A stretch of 64,000 nt of DNA from an uncultured archaeon (GCA_964551375.1 CAZKBG010000001.1:42833-106832), one strand, 5' to 3'; shown: positions 1 through 9,979, numbered from the stretch's first letter. The notes: generated by a model not told the origin, from the letters alone. Numbers and translations are program-made.

Positions 1-180
1 TACTCGCTTGGAAACACAATTCTTGACAAAGGATGGACTTCATTATTCACATTTTGGGCGCTAAGAACCCCAAGTCAGTGGCTAGATTTGAGCTATTACA
101 ACAGAATGGATCCAGGCGCAGGATACTGGATATCTGTGCCTAGTGATGATGTTTTAAGCTACTCTTCAACATGCAGTTAG
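1..180 (+). CDS. 3' end of an upstream gene (partial, C-terminal ~59 aa)
   Basis: Frame 1 is open from the window edge to TAG at 178-180 (...YWISVPSDDVLSYSSTCS*); no family recognised. Confidence 0.3.
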   Translation, partial: YSLGNTILDKGWTSLFTFWALRTPSQWLDLSYYNRMDPGAGYWISVPSDDVLSYSSTCS

Positions 181-257
181 AAGATACGCTGGAAGATAAG
201 TTGTTTTTGCCAATCAAGAAAGGTTTTTATGCACTTTGCAAAGGAATTATGATAGAT

Positions 258-280
258 AGTTAATTTGTTAACTATAAAAG
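258..280 (+). promoter_or_regulatory. TATA-like element (ctataaaag) overlapped by inverted repeat AGTTAA-N4-TTAACT, ~20-25 nt upstream of ORF 297/306
   Basis: Read directly; spacing fits an archaeal leaderless promoter; the palindrome could be a regulator site. Confidence 0.3.
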
Positions 281-296
281 AGGAGTATTTGGGGGA

Positions 297-1364
297 TTGA
301 TTTTCATGGGGTCAGCAAAGTATTTTTCAATGCTAATTTTTTCTATTTTTATTTTAGGAGTTGCTCTTGCGGCTCCAGGGATACCACACCAGTTTTATGG
401 ATTTGTGACAATCAACGGAGCGCCGGCAAATGGAGCGTTAATAGTTGCAAAAATAAATAACGTTGAAGTTTCAAGAACCCTGAGCTCAAACGGAAATTAC
501 GGGTACAATCCAAATATTTTCTATGTTCCAGACCCAAACAGCAACAACGCTGGAAAAAGAATTGACTTTTATTTAAGCGGAACGCTTGTAGCAAACAAAT
601 ACTTTGAAAGTGGAACAAGCACAAAACTTGATTTTAATTTAGGAATAGCTCCATTTTGCGGAGACACTAGCTGCAACGCAGGAGAAACATGCTCAACATG
701 CGCAACTGATTGCGGAGTATGCCCTTCAACAGGTGGCGGAGGGGGAGGCGGCGGTGGCGGAGGAGCTCCAGTAGCCCAAAGCATTAATGTTCAAGTAACA
801 GGAAACTGCCTTGGAAAACCAATAGTATTGAAAGCAACAGCAGGAACAACAGCACTTGGCTCAGCAACAGTAAGCGTAAAACACAACAACAATACTTCCC
901 AAACAACAACAGATGCAAATGGCGGAATAACATTCACATTCAATGAACTTGGAAAATACGAGTTCACAGTAACAAAGAACTCCTATAGCCCTGCAACAAA
1001 ACAAGTTGATGTATTAAACTGCACAGGGGAAACAACAAACACAGGGACTGGAAGCGGCGCAGGTGCTGATTTATGCTCAAACAAAAACTGCAACGACTTA
1101 AACCCATGCACTGATGATTCATGCGCGCTAGGCGTATGCAACTATGCATTCAAATCAGATGGAACAACATGCGGAACAGAACTAACATGCCAGAAAGGAG
1201 AATGCGTTGCAAAAATTGTGGAACCAGTTAACACAGCTACTGGGGCAGGGGCTGCAACAGGATTATTCGCACTTGGAACAGATACTGCTATGCCAATAGT
1301 TCTTGTAATAGTAATAATTGCCATATTTGCAATACTATTGCTATTAAGCAGAAGAAAAAAGTGA
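297..1364 (+). CDS. secreted Cys-rich cell-surface protein with N-terminal signal peptide, Gly11 linker and C-terminal TM anchor with basic tail
   Basis: N-term MLIFSIFILGVALAAPG hydrophobic; many Cys (CGDTSCNAGETCSTCATDCGVCP); C-term MPIVLVIVIIAIFAILLLLSRRKK resembles archaeal C-terminal anchor/sorting signals; the ATG at 306 may be the true start. Confidence 0.6.
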   Translation: MIFMGSAKYFSMLIFSIFILGVALAAPGIPHQFYGFVTINGAPANGALIVAKINNVEVSRTLSSNGNYGYNPNIFYVPDPNSNNAGKRIDFYLSGTLVANKYFESGTSTKLDFNLGIAPFCGDTSCNAGETCSTCATDCGVCPSTGGGGGGGGGGGAPVAQSINVQVTGNCLGKPIVLKATAGTTALGSATVSVKHNNNTSQTTTDANGGITFTFNELGKYEFTVTKNSYSPATKQVDVLNCTGETTNTGTGSGAGADLCSNKNCNDLNPCTDDSCALGVCNYAFKSDGTTCGTELTCQKGECVAKIVEPVNTATGAGAATGLFALGTDTAMPIVLVIVIIAIFAILLLLSRRKK

Positions 1365-1437
1365 AAATTAGTTAAATAAAAAAATGATTTGTTTGGCGGG
1401 CAAGAGCCTGCCAAAAATATTATTTTCCAAAGTAAAA

Positions 1438-1722
1438 TTACTTCTTCTTTTTTTTGTTCCCAAAAATCTTATCCCACTGACTTTGTTTAACCCCATGAAA
1501 TCCTACTGTAGTGCCTATATTTGATTCAGAAATCCTTGGGGTAATATATTTTAATTTTGGCTGGAGAACTTGCGCAGCCTTTGTATACGCTTGATGAGAA
1601 TCAGCAATCCTTCTCTGGCTTCCGGTTTCAACAATCATCGGACCGTGGCGCGTGCCGGTTTCCTTATTATGAAAAGTCATTACAAGTTTTCTTTTCGGAC
1701 CTTTAGGTTTCATAAAAATCAT
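1438..1722 (-). CDS. small basic hypothetical protein (94 aa), translationally coupled downstream of the giant adhesin gene
   Basis: Start lies 2 nt after the stop of ORF 1725..4439 on the same strand; Lys-rich C-terminus; no family recognised. Confidence 0.35.
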   Translation of the reverse strand: MIFMKPKGPKRKLVMTFHNKETGTRHGPMIVETGSQRRIADSHQAYTKAAQVLQPKLKYITPRISESNIGTTVGFHGVKQSQWDKIFGNKKKKK

Positions 1723-1724
1723 CT

Positions 1725-3953
1725 TTAAACAAGTGGAACTATTTGAAGCCCTGCGATTTGAGAATACCCGCCTATTGAAGGAACATCAATCACAACAGTG
1801 TCGCTTCCTCCAACAGAAATATTAGAAAATACACTATACTGCTCTCCTTCCATCCATCTTGCAAGAGTGGCTGAGTGAGTTCCGGCATTTGTTTTAGTTC
1901 CTTGGCTTATGCCTCCAACAGAAAGAGTGTATTGGCAGGAAGTAGCATCCCAAGGGCTGCAATAAAGCACAAAGTTGTAATCATTTGCGCTAAGCCCGGT
2001 TAGGGTAATGCTTGAAGCCGCGCCTGAGCGATAAATATAGCCGTTAAACATTGCATCATTTAGATTTGTGCTTCCACCCCACCCTCCGCCAAATCCTCCA
2101 AGCGTCATTGAAACCCCTGTAACATTTCCATTAGCATCAAGAACATTTGGAGAGCTCATGCTTGATGAAGTCAAGTTCCAATAGTAGGTGTTTCCATCAT
2201 TATACATTCCGCTTCCAGAATATGATGAGGGGCTGTAATCAAAATTAATCGCTCGTTTTCTTCTTGCATCCTGCGATGGGGTTTGCGCGGTTAAATTATT
2301 TGAAGTAATTATCTGCAGTCCTGACATGTTTTGCCCTATTGTAATTTTAATAGGGTCATTATAATCCGACACATGAATGTTGTTAATTGTAGTGTACTGC
2401 TCTCCCGCCATCCACCTTGACAAAAACTTTGCATGCCCATTTCCGGCAGATTTTGAGCCGTAATTCACAAGGTCAGTTGCAATTGTAAAGTTGTTCACAG
2501 TTGCGTCATCAGGAACGCCGTACAATACTAAATTGTAATCCCCTGCGGGAAGTCCAATTATTTTGACTAAACTTCCGTTGTAAATATATCCGTTAAACAT
2601 TGAGTCATTCACTCCGCTTGTCCCTCCCCAGTTTCCAGCCATGTTTGAAATTACCGCAATCCCTTCTGTGGAATTATTATTCCCGTCCTTAATTGTGGAT
2701 GATGTGGTGGTTCCGTTTGCAAGAGGATTCCATTTGTAAGTATTCCCATCGTTGAATTTTCCATTTCCAGTGTAAGAACCGTCCCCTCCGCAGTCAAAGT
2801 GAAGAGACTGCTTTAGATATGGATTTTGTTCAGAAGGAAGAGCTGTGACAAGGGAAGATCCGTTTACTGGAATAATCTGCCATCCTGAAATATTTGAGCT
2901 TACATTCACCTTAATTGGATCGTTATAATCCGAAACATGAACATTGCTGAATGTGTGATATTGTTCCCCCTCAACCCAGCTCGCAAGATTTCTATTGCTC
3001 CCTGAAGAAGTGCCTGCAGTTTTTGCACCATAGCTTGCAAGATCAGTTGAAACAGTGTGAGTATCAACTCCAGTAGGCGCAACATAAAGAACAAGATTGT
3101 AATCCCCTGCAGGAAGACCGATTATTTTTGCGAGATTTCCTGTATAGCTGTAATTTTCAAACATTGAGTCATTAACTCCATTAGAAAGTCCCCAACCTCC
3201 AGTAAAGTTTGATGTAAAAGAAACTCCTGGGACTGCATTGTCATTTGCATCCTTTATTGAAGGCGAGTATAAGGTAGTGTTACCAACAGTATTCCATTTA
3301 TATGATTGGCCGTTGTTGAATTTTCCGCTCCCTGTGTAAAGACCACTCCCTGCAAAGTCAAAGAATATTCCATAAGAAATTGGATTAGCAAGAACAGTAA
3401 TTGTAATCAAAAAGTCGCTTGTGTTTGGGTTGCCAGCAGTGTCAATGCATCTGATATAAACATTATTACTTCCAGTCGCAAGCCCGCTAATAGTTGCCGA
3501 GTGGGAAGTCACTGAATCAGTAAAACTATTGGTCATGCTTGCATATGCGACTCCTGTAGAAGTTGAATATCTGCAAGCCGCATTTTCATCCGTGGTGATT
3601 GTGAGTCCGTAAGTTGTAGTTCCAAACGCAAGCGCGCTGGGGTTTGAGCCTGATATAACCGGAGGGGTGGCATCAGCGCCAACTGTAATAGTTACAAGCG
3701 TGTCGTCTGAGATAGAGCTGTTTGAAACACTTTGACATTTAATATAAATATTATTGGCTCCAGTTACTAACGAACCCACAGTTGCTGAGTGGGTTAATTC
3801 ACTTCCTGAAAAACTATTAGCTTGGCTGGAAAAAGCAACTCCACTAGAAGAATCATACTTACAATTAGCATTAACATCAGTGTTAATATCAAGAGCATAA
3901 CTTGCTGTTCCATAAGCAAGGGTGGCTGGGTTTGATGCGCTGATTATTGGAGG
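1725..3953 (-). repeat. intragenic tandem protein-domain repeats (3 x ~185 aa at ~1725-3407; 2 x ~90 aa at ~3404-3953)
   Basis: Repeated blocks are visible in the translated ORF (GKFN(D/N)G(N/Q)(T/S)YKWN..., NDSMFNGYIY...GLPAGDYNLVLY...). Confidence 0.6.
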
Positions 3954-4439
3954 CGCAGCAAGAGCAACAGCTCCGCGTGCAATGCAATCAATGTAAAGTG
4001 TTCCATAATCCACTGTTTTTTCTAAACCAGCATCAGAAACATAATTTACTTTAACAGTGTAAGTCTTTTGATTCGGGGAGTCACAGGCGGGAAGGTTGCT
4101 CAATGAAAAGCTTTTCACATCATTTTGAGCAAATGAAAGACTTGAACCGATTGGATAATTTGTGTCATTAATTATAAACCCGGTAATTCTAATTGTTTCC
4201 CCAGTGTTATTTTGGAGAACAAATAATCCATTAGCATCAGTTCCAATTGCAGCGTCATTTACTCCTACAATTTGGGACATTGCATTTATTTTGCTTGATT
4301 TGGATGCTCCCCCCGAAGAGCTTTGGGCAGTTGTATCGACAAGAAGCCCGACAACAACAAGCGCAATTACAATTACAATTGCAATAATTACAAGATATTC
4401 GATTGTCCCTTGGGCGCGGTTGTTTTTATTTTCAGCCAT
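1725..4439 (-). CDS. giant pilin-like adhesin (904 aa) with class III (prepilin-type) signal peptide and internal tandem repeats
   Basis: N-term MAENKNNRAQ|GTIEYLVIIAIVIVIALVVVGLL (archaeal type IV pilin-like); three ~185-aa tandem repeats each ending ...IIGLPAGDYNLVLY...GEQY...SDYNDPIK...; two ~90-aa tandem domains (PPVISGSNPSALAFGTT...). Confidence 0.7.
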   Translation of the reverse strand: MAENKNNRAQGTIEYLVIIAIVIVIALVVVGLLVDTTAQSSSGGASKSSKINAMSQIVGVNDAAIGTDANGLFVLQNNTGETIRITGFIINDTNYPIGSSLSFAQNDVKSFSLSNLPACDSPNQKTYTVKVNYVSDAGLEKTVDYGTLYIDCIARGAVALAAPPIISASNPATLAYGTASYALDINTDVNANCKYDSSSGVAFSSQANSFSGSELTHSATVGSLVTGANNIYIKCQSVSNSSISDDTLVTITVGADATPPVISGSNPSALAFGTTTYGLTITTDENAACRYSTSTGVAYASMTNSFTDSVTSHSATISGLATGSNNVYIRCIDTAGNPNTSDFLITITVLANPISYGIFFDFAGSGLYTGSGKFNNGQSYKWNTVGNTTLYSPSIKDANDNAVPGVSFTSNFTGGWGLSNGVNDSMFENYSYTGNLAKIIGLPAGDYNLVLYVAPTGVDTHTVSTDLASYGAKTAGTSSGSNRNLASWVEGEQYHTFSNVHVSDYNDPIKVNVSSNISGWQIIPVNGSSLVTALPSEQNPYLKQSLHFDCGGDGSYTGNGKFNDGNTYKWNPLANGTTTSSTIKDGNNNSTEGIAVISNMAGNWGGTSGVNDSMFNGYIYNGSLVKIIGLPAGDYNLVLYGVPDDATVNNFTIATDLVNYGSKSAGNGHAKFLSRWMAGEQYTTINNIHVSDYNDPIKITIGQNMSGLQIITSNNLTAQTPSQDARRKRAINFDYSPSSYSGSGMYNDGNTYYWNLTSSSMSSPNVLDANGNVTGVSMTLGGFGGGWGGSTNLNDAMFNGYIYRSGAASSITLTGLSANDYNFVLYCSPWDATSCQYTLSVGGISQGTKTNAGTHSATLARWMEGEQYSVFSNISVGGSDTVVIDVPSIGGYSQIAGLQIVPLV

Positions 4440-4540
4440 GACTTATGAGGGTATGGTTTCCTAAAATATAAACCTTCTTTTGAGCGGGTTTAGAGAATAA
4501 TTTTGAGTTAAGATTTTATAACCAACTAAGCCTTGTTTTA

Positions 4541-5053
4541 GTGATGAAACAAAAAAAAGTAGTTGTGAATGATAAGATGCAAAAAGGGTATGAATATTAC
4601 TTGACTGAGCCCGCGGGGGAAAACTTCTCTGCTGAATTTAATCCCGAACTTACTCCAAAACAAATGCTTGAAATGGGCGTGTTTGGGGGGAAGTACATGA
4701 CTGACTGCCAAGCGGAATTCCCTGTTGATTGGTTTAAGAAAGCAAAATTATCTCCTGAAAAGAAAAATCCTAAATTAAATTACTTTGAAGTAGATGCATC
4801 CCTTCCTTTAAGCGAGTGGCAGAAAAAAGGATGGATTCACCCTGCTGATCCAAGAGGGTGGTTTCAATGGTACTGCAGATATTATATGGGAAGAAGAATG
4901 GAAGGGGAAGATGAAAGGCAAATTAAAAGATGGAAAGCGATTAAGAGGCATGCTGGGATAATAAAACAAAGATGCAAGCCTGGCGAGATTTACTGCCTTC
5001 CACGAGCAAGGCAGGCTTTATTACACTGGGCGTATGATTCAAGACTTATTTAA
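4541..5053 (+). CDS. hypothetical protein (170 aa) with conserved-looking motif GWFQWYCRYYMGRR
   Basis: Clean ORF, no TM segment; family not confidently recognised. Confidence 0.4.
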   Translation: MMKQKKVVVNDKMQKGYEYYLTEPAGENFSAEFNPELTPKQMLEMGVFGGKYMTDCQAEFPVDWFKKAKLSPEKKNPKLNYFEVDASLPLSEWQKKGWIHPADPRGWFQWYCRYYMGRRMEGEDERQIKRWKAIKRHAGIIKQRCKPGEIYCLPRARQALLHWAYDSRLI

Positions 5054-5373
5054 AAAATGAATAAGTCTTTTTGAATATTTTTTACTATTTGCTTTTTAAC
5101 AGTTATTTATTTTACTGAAGCATCCATGATGCTTTGCTCAGTTGAGGAACGCTTATCCTTAAGCCATTTTTCGTTTCTGGCAAGTTCTTTTGCTGCTCTG
5201 TTAGCAGATTCGCTTTTAGCAGCGTCGCTTTTAGCTGATTCACTTTTTTCTACAGGTTTAATTTTTTTAGACATGCAAATATTGTGCCCGCATGGCATTA
5301 TATTCAAGTCAGTTTGAATAATTGGGTATTTACTTGGAAAAAGTATAAGTATTACTTTGGTTAAATTATCTTT

Positions 5374-6282
5374 ATGCCTTTAAAGAAATTCGGATTCAGC
5401 TTAGGGTACAATGTAGGAAATGCTTTTTCTGCTAAAAAAAAGACTTCCAAAACTCAAAAACCAAAACCAGCTCAAGTTCCTGCCGTTTCTGCGCCTGTTC
5501 AGGCAAGAAAGAGATTAAAAGATTTTAGAGTGGTTGAACTTGGGCATGGAAAAGTTCCTGCAGGGTTAGTAAAAGTTGCTTCTAAAAAAAGAGGGCGAAA
5601 AACAAGCTTTTTAGGAGTGGAAACAGAAAAAGTAAATCTTGCCAAAGCGCTGAAACTTGCAGGCGCAGAAAAACTTCCGAAAAATTTAACATTTGAAAAA
5701 ACATGCGCATTAAAAGCCTTGCAAAAAATGCCTTCTGGAAAAACGCACGTAGTATTTGCAAGCTATTTATTGAATAATCTTTCATATAAGCGGGTTGTTA
5801 GAAGAGGAGGGGAAGCTGTGCCAATGGATGTTGCGGTTATTAATGAAGCAAAAAGAGTATTGGTTCCAGGGGGGAGATTTGTTGCAATTGGGGACAGGGG
5901 GAGCATAGATAAGTACATGGGACTGGCTGCTGCCAGCGGCCTTAAATTTCATGCAATTGCAATTCCTGACGCAGTTGCGCAAAAATCACTTGCCCAATAC
6001 ATAAGAGAAAGAGGAACTCCTGCAGGAAGGGCGGATTATTTTATGAAATACATGCGAGGCGGACCTGAAGTGTTAATAGAATTTGAAATGATGGCCCAGC
6101 AGGGACTTGTGAAAGATTTTGGGGACATGGCGAAACCGACAATATACCTTTTAAGAAAACCAAAGGCTGAAGAGAAAGGAATAAAGCAAGTTGGAATTTA
6201 TCACACTGTTTCTGGGACAGAAGCGTTAAATGAAAGAGAAAGAGCAATAGTGCGCGAAATACTAAGCGGACAAAATGAATAG
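5374..6282 (+). CDS. hypothetical protein with Lys-rich N-terminus; weak Rossmann/methyltransferase-like motifs
   Basis: Segments HVVFASYLL and VLVPGGRFVAIGD resemble class I MTase motifs II/III; weak. Confidence 0.4.
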   Translation: MPLKKFGFSLGYNVGNAFSAKKKTSKTQKPKPAQVPAVSAPVQARKRLKDFRVVELGHGKVPAGLVKVASKKRGRKTSFLGVETEKVNLAKALKLAGAEKLPKNLTFEKTCALKALQKMPSGKTHVVFASYLLNNLSYKRVVRRGGEAVPMDVAVINEAKRVLVPGGRFVAIGDRGSIDKYMGLAAASGLKFHAIAIPDAVAQKSLAQYIRERGTPAGRADYFMKYMRGGPEVLIEFEMMAQQGLVKDFGDMAKPTIYLLRKPKAEEKGIKQVGIYHTVSGTEALNERERAIVREILSGQNE

Positions 6283-6321
6283 TTAAAGATAATAAAAATA
6301 GTTGGATTCAAAAAGGATAAT

Positions 6322-7875
6322 TTACTTTGAAGCCTGATTTCCAATTCTAACTCCATAATTAATGAATTTAGTTAACTTCATCTTCTGCGCGTCGTCATAT
6401 GGAATAAAAAGAGGAACACAAGTTTTTTGAGTATTCTTGTTATATTCTTCAAAAAGCTTTTTCATCAAAGGCCCGTTATTCAAAATCTTAATTAAAGCCG
6501 AATCATAAAAATTTCCTTTTGAATTATAATTTCCCAAGTCAACGCTGATTCCAAATTTAGTTGCCCATGATTTAATTGCATTTCCGGTTCCAGTTCCAAT
6601 ATACCCGTCAAAGCGCTCAATTTCAGAAACCCCGCTGTAATCAGCGCCAGCTTTATAAAACGCGTATTGGATACCTGCTGTTAAAGGAGCAAGCACTCCT
6701 GCATTATACGCTGTGCCTTCAACAAAATACCTGTCAAGAGAGCCATAAGGTGGAATTACGCAAGTATAACTTGAAATTGAAGAGTATGAAGAAATCACGC
6801 CTTCATTTGATTTTAATAAAGCAAAAGCAACTGTTTTTCCTCCTGAAGAGGTTTCAAGAACTTTGCTAATTTCTGAATCAGAAACTTGCGCTGAATTTTT
6901 GTTTCCAAAAAGAGCTTTAACCTCAGGATAAGTGAATAAGTTTCTTGCGCTTGAAATTCCAACCTGATACTCGCCATATGTCTTTCCTAAACCCAACCCT
7001 TCCCAAACAGAGCTGGCAACTTTTCTTAACCCTGTGGAGTTTCTTCCGCTTTCTTCAAAACGAATGTATTCAAGGAGCTTATTGTAATACTCTTCCCTTG
7101 GCATTACTTTTGCGGCGTCATAATCACAGCCTCTGTTCACGCCTGCTGGGGTGTTTAAGTAAAGCACTTCAATTGGAGTGAATTGGCTTAAGAGAACTGA
7201 ATCATCAAACACTCTTATCTCATTTGCATAAAGATCAGCAAACCTTGGCGCCCCGCTTGAAGTATTCCCAAGATAAATTACAACATGCGTGTATTTCACT
7301 TTTGAGTTTTTAGAATCAATTGTATTATTGTACTCGCTTAATGGAGTATAAACTCCAATTAATCTTCCCTTTGCAAGAATTCCATTACTAATAAGCGAAC
7401 TAATAGTTTCCCCGTTTGAAATAACATGCGTGTTCATTTTATCAGCGTACTTTAATTCCCAAGCATCCGTTGAAGGGTAACATTCACCAAACAAATCCTT
7501 CGCCACGTACTTAACATACCTTGAGCAGTAAAACGGAGGAGTTTCACTTTCAGAATAAATTGGAATGCCAAGCTTTCCGGAACTTACTTCAACAGAGTGA
7601 TATTTTGGAGATTCCCCTTTTGGCAGAATAGTGCTTGCCATTAAAAAACCTGAAGCGCTGGAAACTGAAGTTGAAGGCGGTTGTGTTATACTATTATCAC
7701 CCAAAAGATTTGCATTAAAAATTTTCAAATAATCAGCGACTGATTTTCCTCCGCTTGAAGCGGTTGAACCGTCGCTTGGAGGCAAAGGCGCATCAATTTG
7801 AGTAACCGCAAAAACAAAAGCAAAAAGCATTAATAGAGCCAGAAGCACTCCAATAACAAAAATTCCTTTTTTCAT
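6322..7875 (-). CDS. membrane-anchored/secreted hypothetical protein (517 aa)
   Basis: N-terminal TM/signal MKKGIFVIGVLLALLMLFAFVFAV; long ORF with coding-like composition. Confidence 0.5.
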   Translation of the reverse strand: MKKGIFVIGVLLALLMLFAFVFAVTQIDAPLPPSDGSTASSGGKSVADYLKIFNANLLGDNSITQPPSTSVSSASGFLMASTILPKGESPKYHSVEVSSGKLGIPIYSESETPPFYCSRYVKYVAKDLFGECYPSTDAWELKYADKMNTHVISNGETISSLISNGILAKGRLIGVYTPLSEYNNTIDSKNSKVKYTHVVIYLGNTSSGAPRFADLYANEIRVFDDSVLLSQFTPIEVLYLNTPAGVNRGCDYDAAKVMPREEYYNKLLEYIRFEESGRNSTGLRKVASSVWEGLGLGKTYGEYQVGISSARNLFTYPEVKALFGNKNSAQVSDSEISKVLETSSGGKTVAFALLKSNEGVISSYSSISSYTCVIPPYGSLDRYFVEGTAYNAGVLAPLTAGIQYAFYKAGADYSGVSEIERFDGYIGTGTGNAIKSWATKFGISVDLGNYNSKGNFYDSALIKILNNGPLMKKLFEEYNKNTQKTCVPLFIPYDDAQKMKLTKFINYGVRIGNQASK

Positions 7876-7951
7876 AACCCTTGCATAAAACTAATCCAAT
7901 TACTAGTATTTATTTTAACTGGTGGAGGCAGGGTGGATTAAATTATAAGCT

Positions 7952-8398
7952 CTATCCTAATTTTGCAATATCTTGCTCAAGTTTTTCCTTTTCCTGCTTG
8001 AGTTCTTTTATCAGCGCTTTTAATTGGATTTTATCTTTTTCAAGTATGGAAAGGATGGATTCTGTTTTATCATACAACCTCTGCTCTTTCTCCTGCGCGC
8101 TTTCATTTAGCATTGTCCAAAGAAGAGAATTTTCAGCATGCAGTTTATTGTACTCCCTGCGCTTTATTGAAATGGCTTTATTCAATCTGTCTTGGAGGGT
8201 CAAATTCTCCTCAAGCTTTGAGCTAACTTCCGCTGCTTTGCTCTTAAGTTCGCTAATTTTAGCAAGCCTTTCTTCTTCCTTATTTTGCAAAATCTTATAG
8301 TGCCTTTTTCTAAAAACAGAAAAAACAACTAATCCCGCAACTCCAACAACCACAATTACTGTAATTGGAACAATATTCTCAAAGCCAATTGAACTCAT
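7952..8398 (-). CDS. N-terminally membrane-anchored coiled-coil protein (148 aa)
   Basis: TM segment PITVIVVVGVAGLVVFSVF followed by a K/E-rich heptad-like sequence. Confidence 0.45.
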   Translation of the reverse strand: MSSIGFENIVPITVIVVVGVAGLVVFSVFRKRHYKILQNKEEERLAKISELKSKAAEVSSKLEENLTLQDRLNKAISIKRREYNKLHAENSLLWTMLNESAQEKEQRLYDKTESILSILEKDKIQLKALIKELKQEKEKLEQDIAKLG

Positions 8399-8596
8399 TT
8401 AGTAAGTTAATGCAGTTTCATCTTTATATTGGTTGCTGGATTTGGCGCTTTAGAGCATCTTTAAGTATAATTTAGGGAGTTATTCTATTATGCTTATTAA
8501 AATTGAAAGCGTGGAAGTGAATGGAAAAATGATTCACTTAATTGGAATAAAATATAGCTTAATTGGGGTGTTTGGAAGAAAAGGGGATTATTTTTT

Positions 8597-9358
8597 ATGA
8601 AAACATCCAACCAACGATTAAAGCTTAGCGCGCTAAAAAAGCATATTGAAGGCGCGAAGCGAAAAGTGCGTGTAAAACAATCCGGATTTGCGAGGATTGG
8701 ATACACTCCAGTGGGGAGAAAACTTGTTGCAAAGTTCCCTGGAATAATGCGCGCTTTTACAGCAGGGCGAGAGGCAATTTTAAGTGGAAAAGCGGCCCTA
8801 TCAACCCATCAAATAAAAGGAGTGGGGATGGTAAAAGTAAGAAAACAAGCGCTAATTGAAGGAATAATGCACACTCATGGATTTATTGTGGAAGCTACTG
8901 ATGCCCGCCATAGGCGCAAATACTCGTTTTTTGTAAAAGAACAGGAGATGCCTGGAAGAAGCGCTGAATTTAGAGCACACCTTGACATGGCACACCCTCA
9001 AATTAAAGCCCTTGAAAAAGCCTATTCCGCGCTTGGAAAAATTGCTGTTAAAGGAGTGGGGGGAGTGGAAGTTGCAGATTACTACTTGGCTTATACACAA
9101 GGAAATCATTCCTTTCTTGTCACAAAATTTTATTCTGATGCAATCAGCTATACTCACCTACCAACAGCAGAACGAAATCAAATTGCCCCTTTAATTGAAC
9201 GCTTAAGACATGAATTTGAGAAAGGCGCGGTGGGAAGAGAAGTTACTGATGTATTCAATGGAATTTTAATTCGAAACCTTCTATGGAGCTCGTCAAGAAA
9301 AAAACTAATAATGATTGATTTAAGGCCCAATATTAAAGTTGAAAATATGGGGTTCTGA
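8597..9358 (+). CDS. hypothetical protein (253 aa)
   Basis: Long ORF, basic N-terminus; no family recognised. Confidence 0.45.
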   Translation: MKTSNQRLKLSALKKHIEGAKRKVRVKQSGFARIGYTPVGRKLVAKFPGIMRAFTAGREAILSGKAALSTHQIKGVGMVKVRKQALIEGIMHTHGFIVEATDARHRRKYSFFVKEQEMPGRSAEFRAHLDMAHPQIKALEKAYSALGKIAVKGVGGVEVADYYLAYTQGNHSFLVTKFYSDAISYTHLPTAERNQIAPLIERLRHEFEKGAVGREVTDVFNGILIRNLLWSSSRKKLIMIDLRPNIKVENMGF

Positions 9359-9516
9359 AAATCCTCTCATGTGGCTGATTTATGCACTTATTTAATTTAA
9401 ACATTCTCAAAATTATTGGGGAAATGTATAATAACTAGAATAATACTTGTTTTGCTAAATTTTAGAAGTATTTTGAAGAGAATTAGTATTGATTTTGTCC
9501 TAATCGAGGTTGTTAA

Positions 9517-9921
9517 GTGGATAAAGACGATGAGCTGCACTGTGGAATGCGTGCTTCAAATGAAGATGTTCCCTCGTCCTGTGAAGAGCGTTTCACAGGA
9601 GTTATTACAAGAATTCATGATGGCGCCGCGTATGATGCCTCAAGCTTTATGATAATTGATGGAAAAACCGTTATATTCAATTTAGGCGGAGAAATGAACG
9701 CTGATATAAAAATGGGAAAATTAATCGGGTTTGAAGAAAATCCAAAATTTCCATATTCAGGCGGAGAAGAAGAACTCAAAACCAAATATGCTGGAAAGAA
9801 AGCTGAAGTGTTTGCATTAAGGCGCACTTATGACGGATTCAATAACAACGGGCAACTTGTTAGAATTACTGAATATATTCTAATAGGTTCTGAAAAATAC
9901 TATATAAAACTTTTAAAGTGA
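9517..9921 (+). CDS. small hypothetical protein, paralog A (134 aa) of ORF 11428..11844
   Basis: Shares the blocks (W/Y)DA(S/T)SF(I/M)(V/I)I(E/D)(D/G)K(M/T)VIF..GG, LIGF, K(V/A)EVFA and GxEKY(F/Y)(V/I)KL with ORF 11428. Confidence 0.5.
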   Translation: MDKDDELHCGMRASNEDVPSSCEERFTGVITRIHDGAAYDASSFMIIDGKTVIFNLGGEMNADIKMGKLIGFEENPKFPYSGGEEELKTKYAGKKAEVFALRRTYDGFNNNGQLVRITEYILIGSEKYYIKLLK

Positions 9922-9979
9922 AACTCTTCTTGTCAATACTTTAAGGTTTTAATATTGTTTGGTTTTCACTTAGGATAAT

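Noticed and set aside
412-784. Antisense ORFs 412..624 and 569..784 (the latter encoding poly-Pro)
   Set aside because: Both are fully embedded antisense in the well-supported surface protein gene. The poly-Pro is just the reverse translation of the (GGN)11 tract.
2906-4464. ORFs 2906..3094(-), 3306..3515(+), 4162..4464(+) inside or overlapping the giant adhesin gene
   Set aside because: Embedded in or antisense to a 904-aa ORF with clear domain structure; typical shadow ORFs.
5107-5317. Overlapping small ORFs 5107..5307 (-) and 5126..5317 (+) with SESAKSDAAKSE low-complexity sequence
   Set aside because: Mutually overlapping on opposite strands in a short intergenic region with a repetitive sequence. 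No support for either; likely non-coding or a tiny peptide at best.
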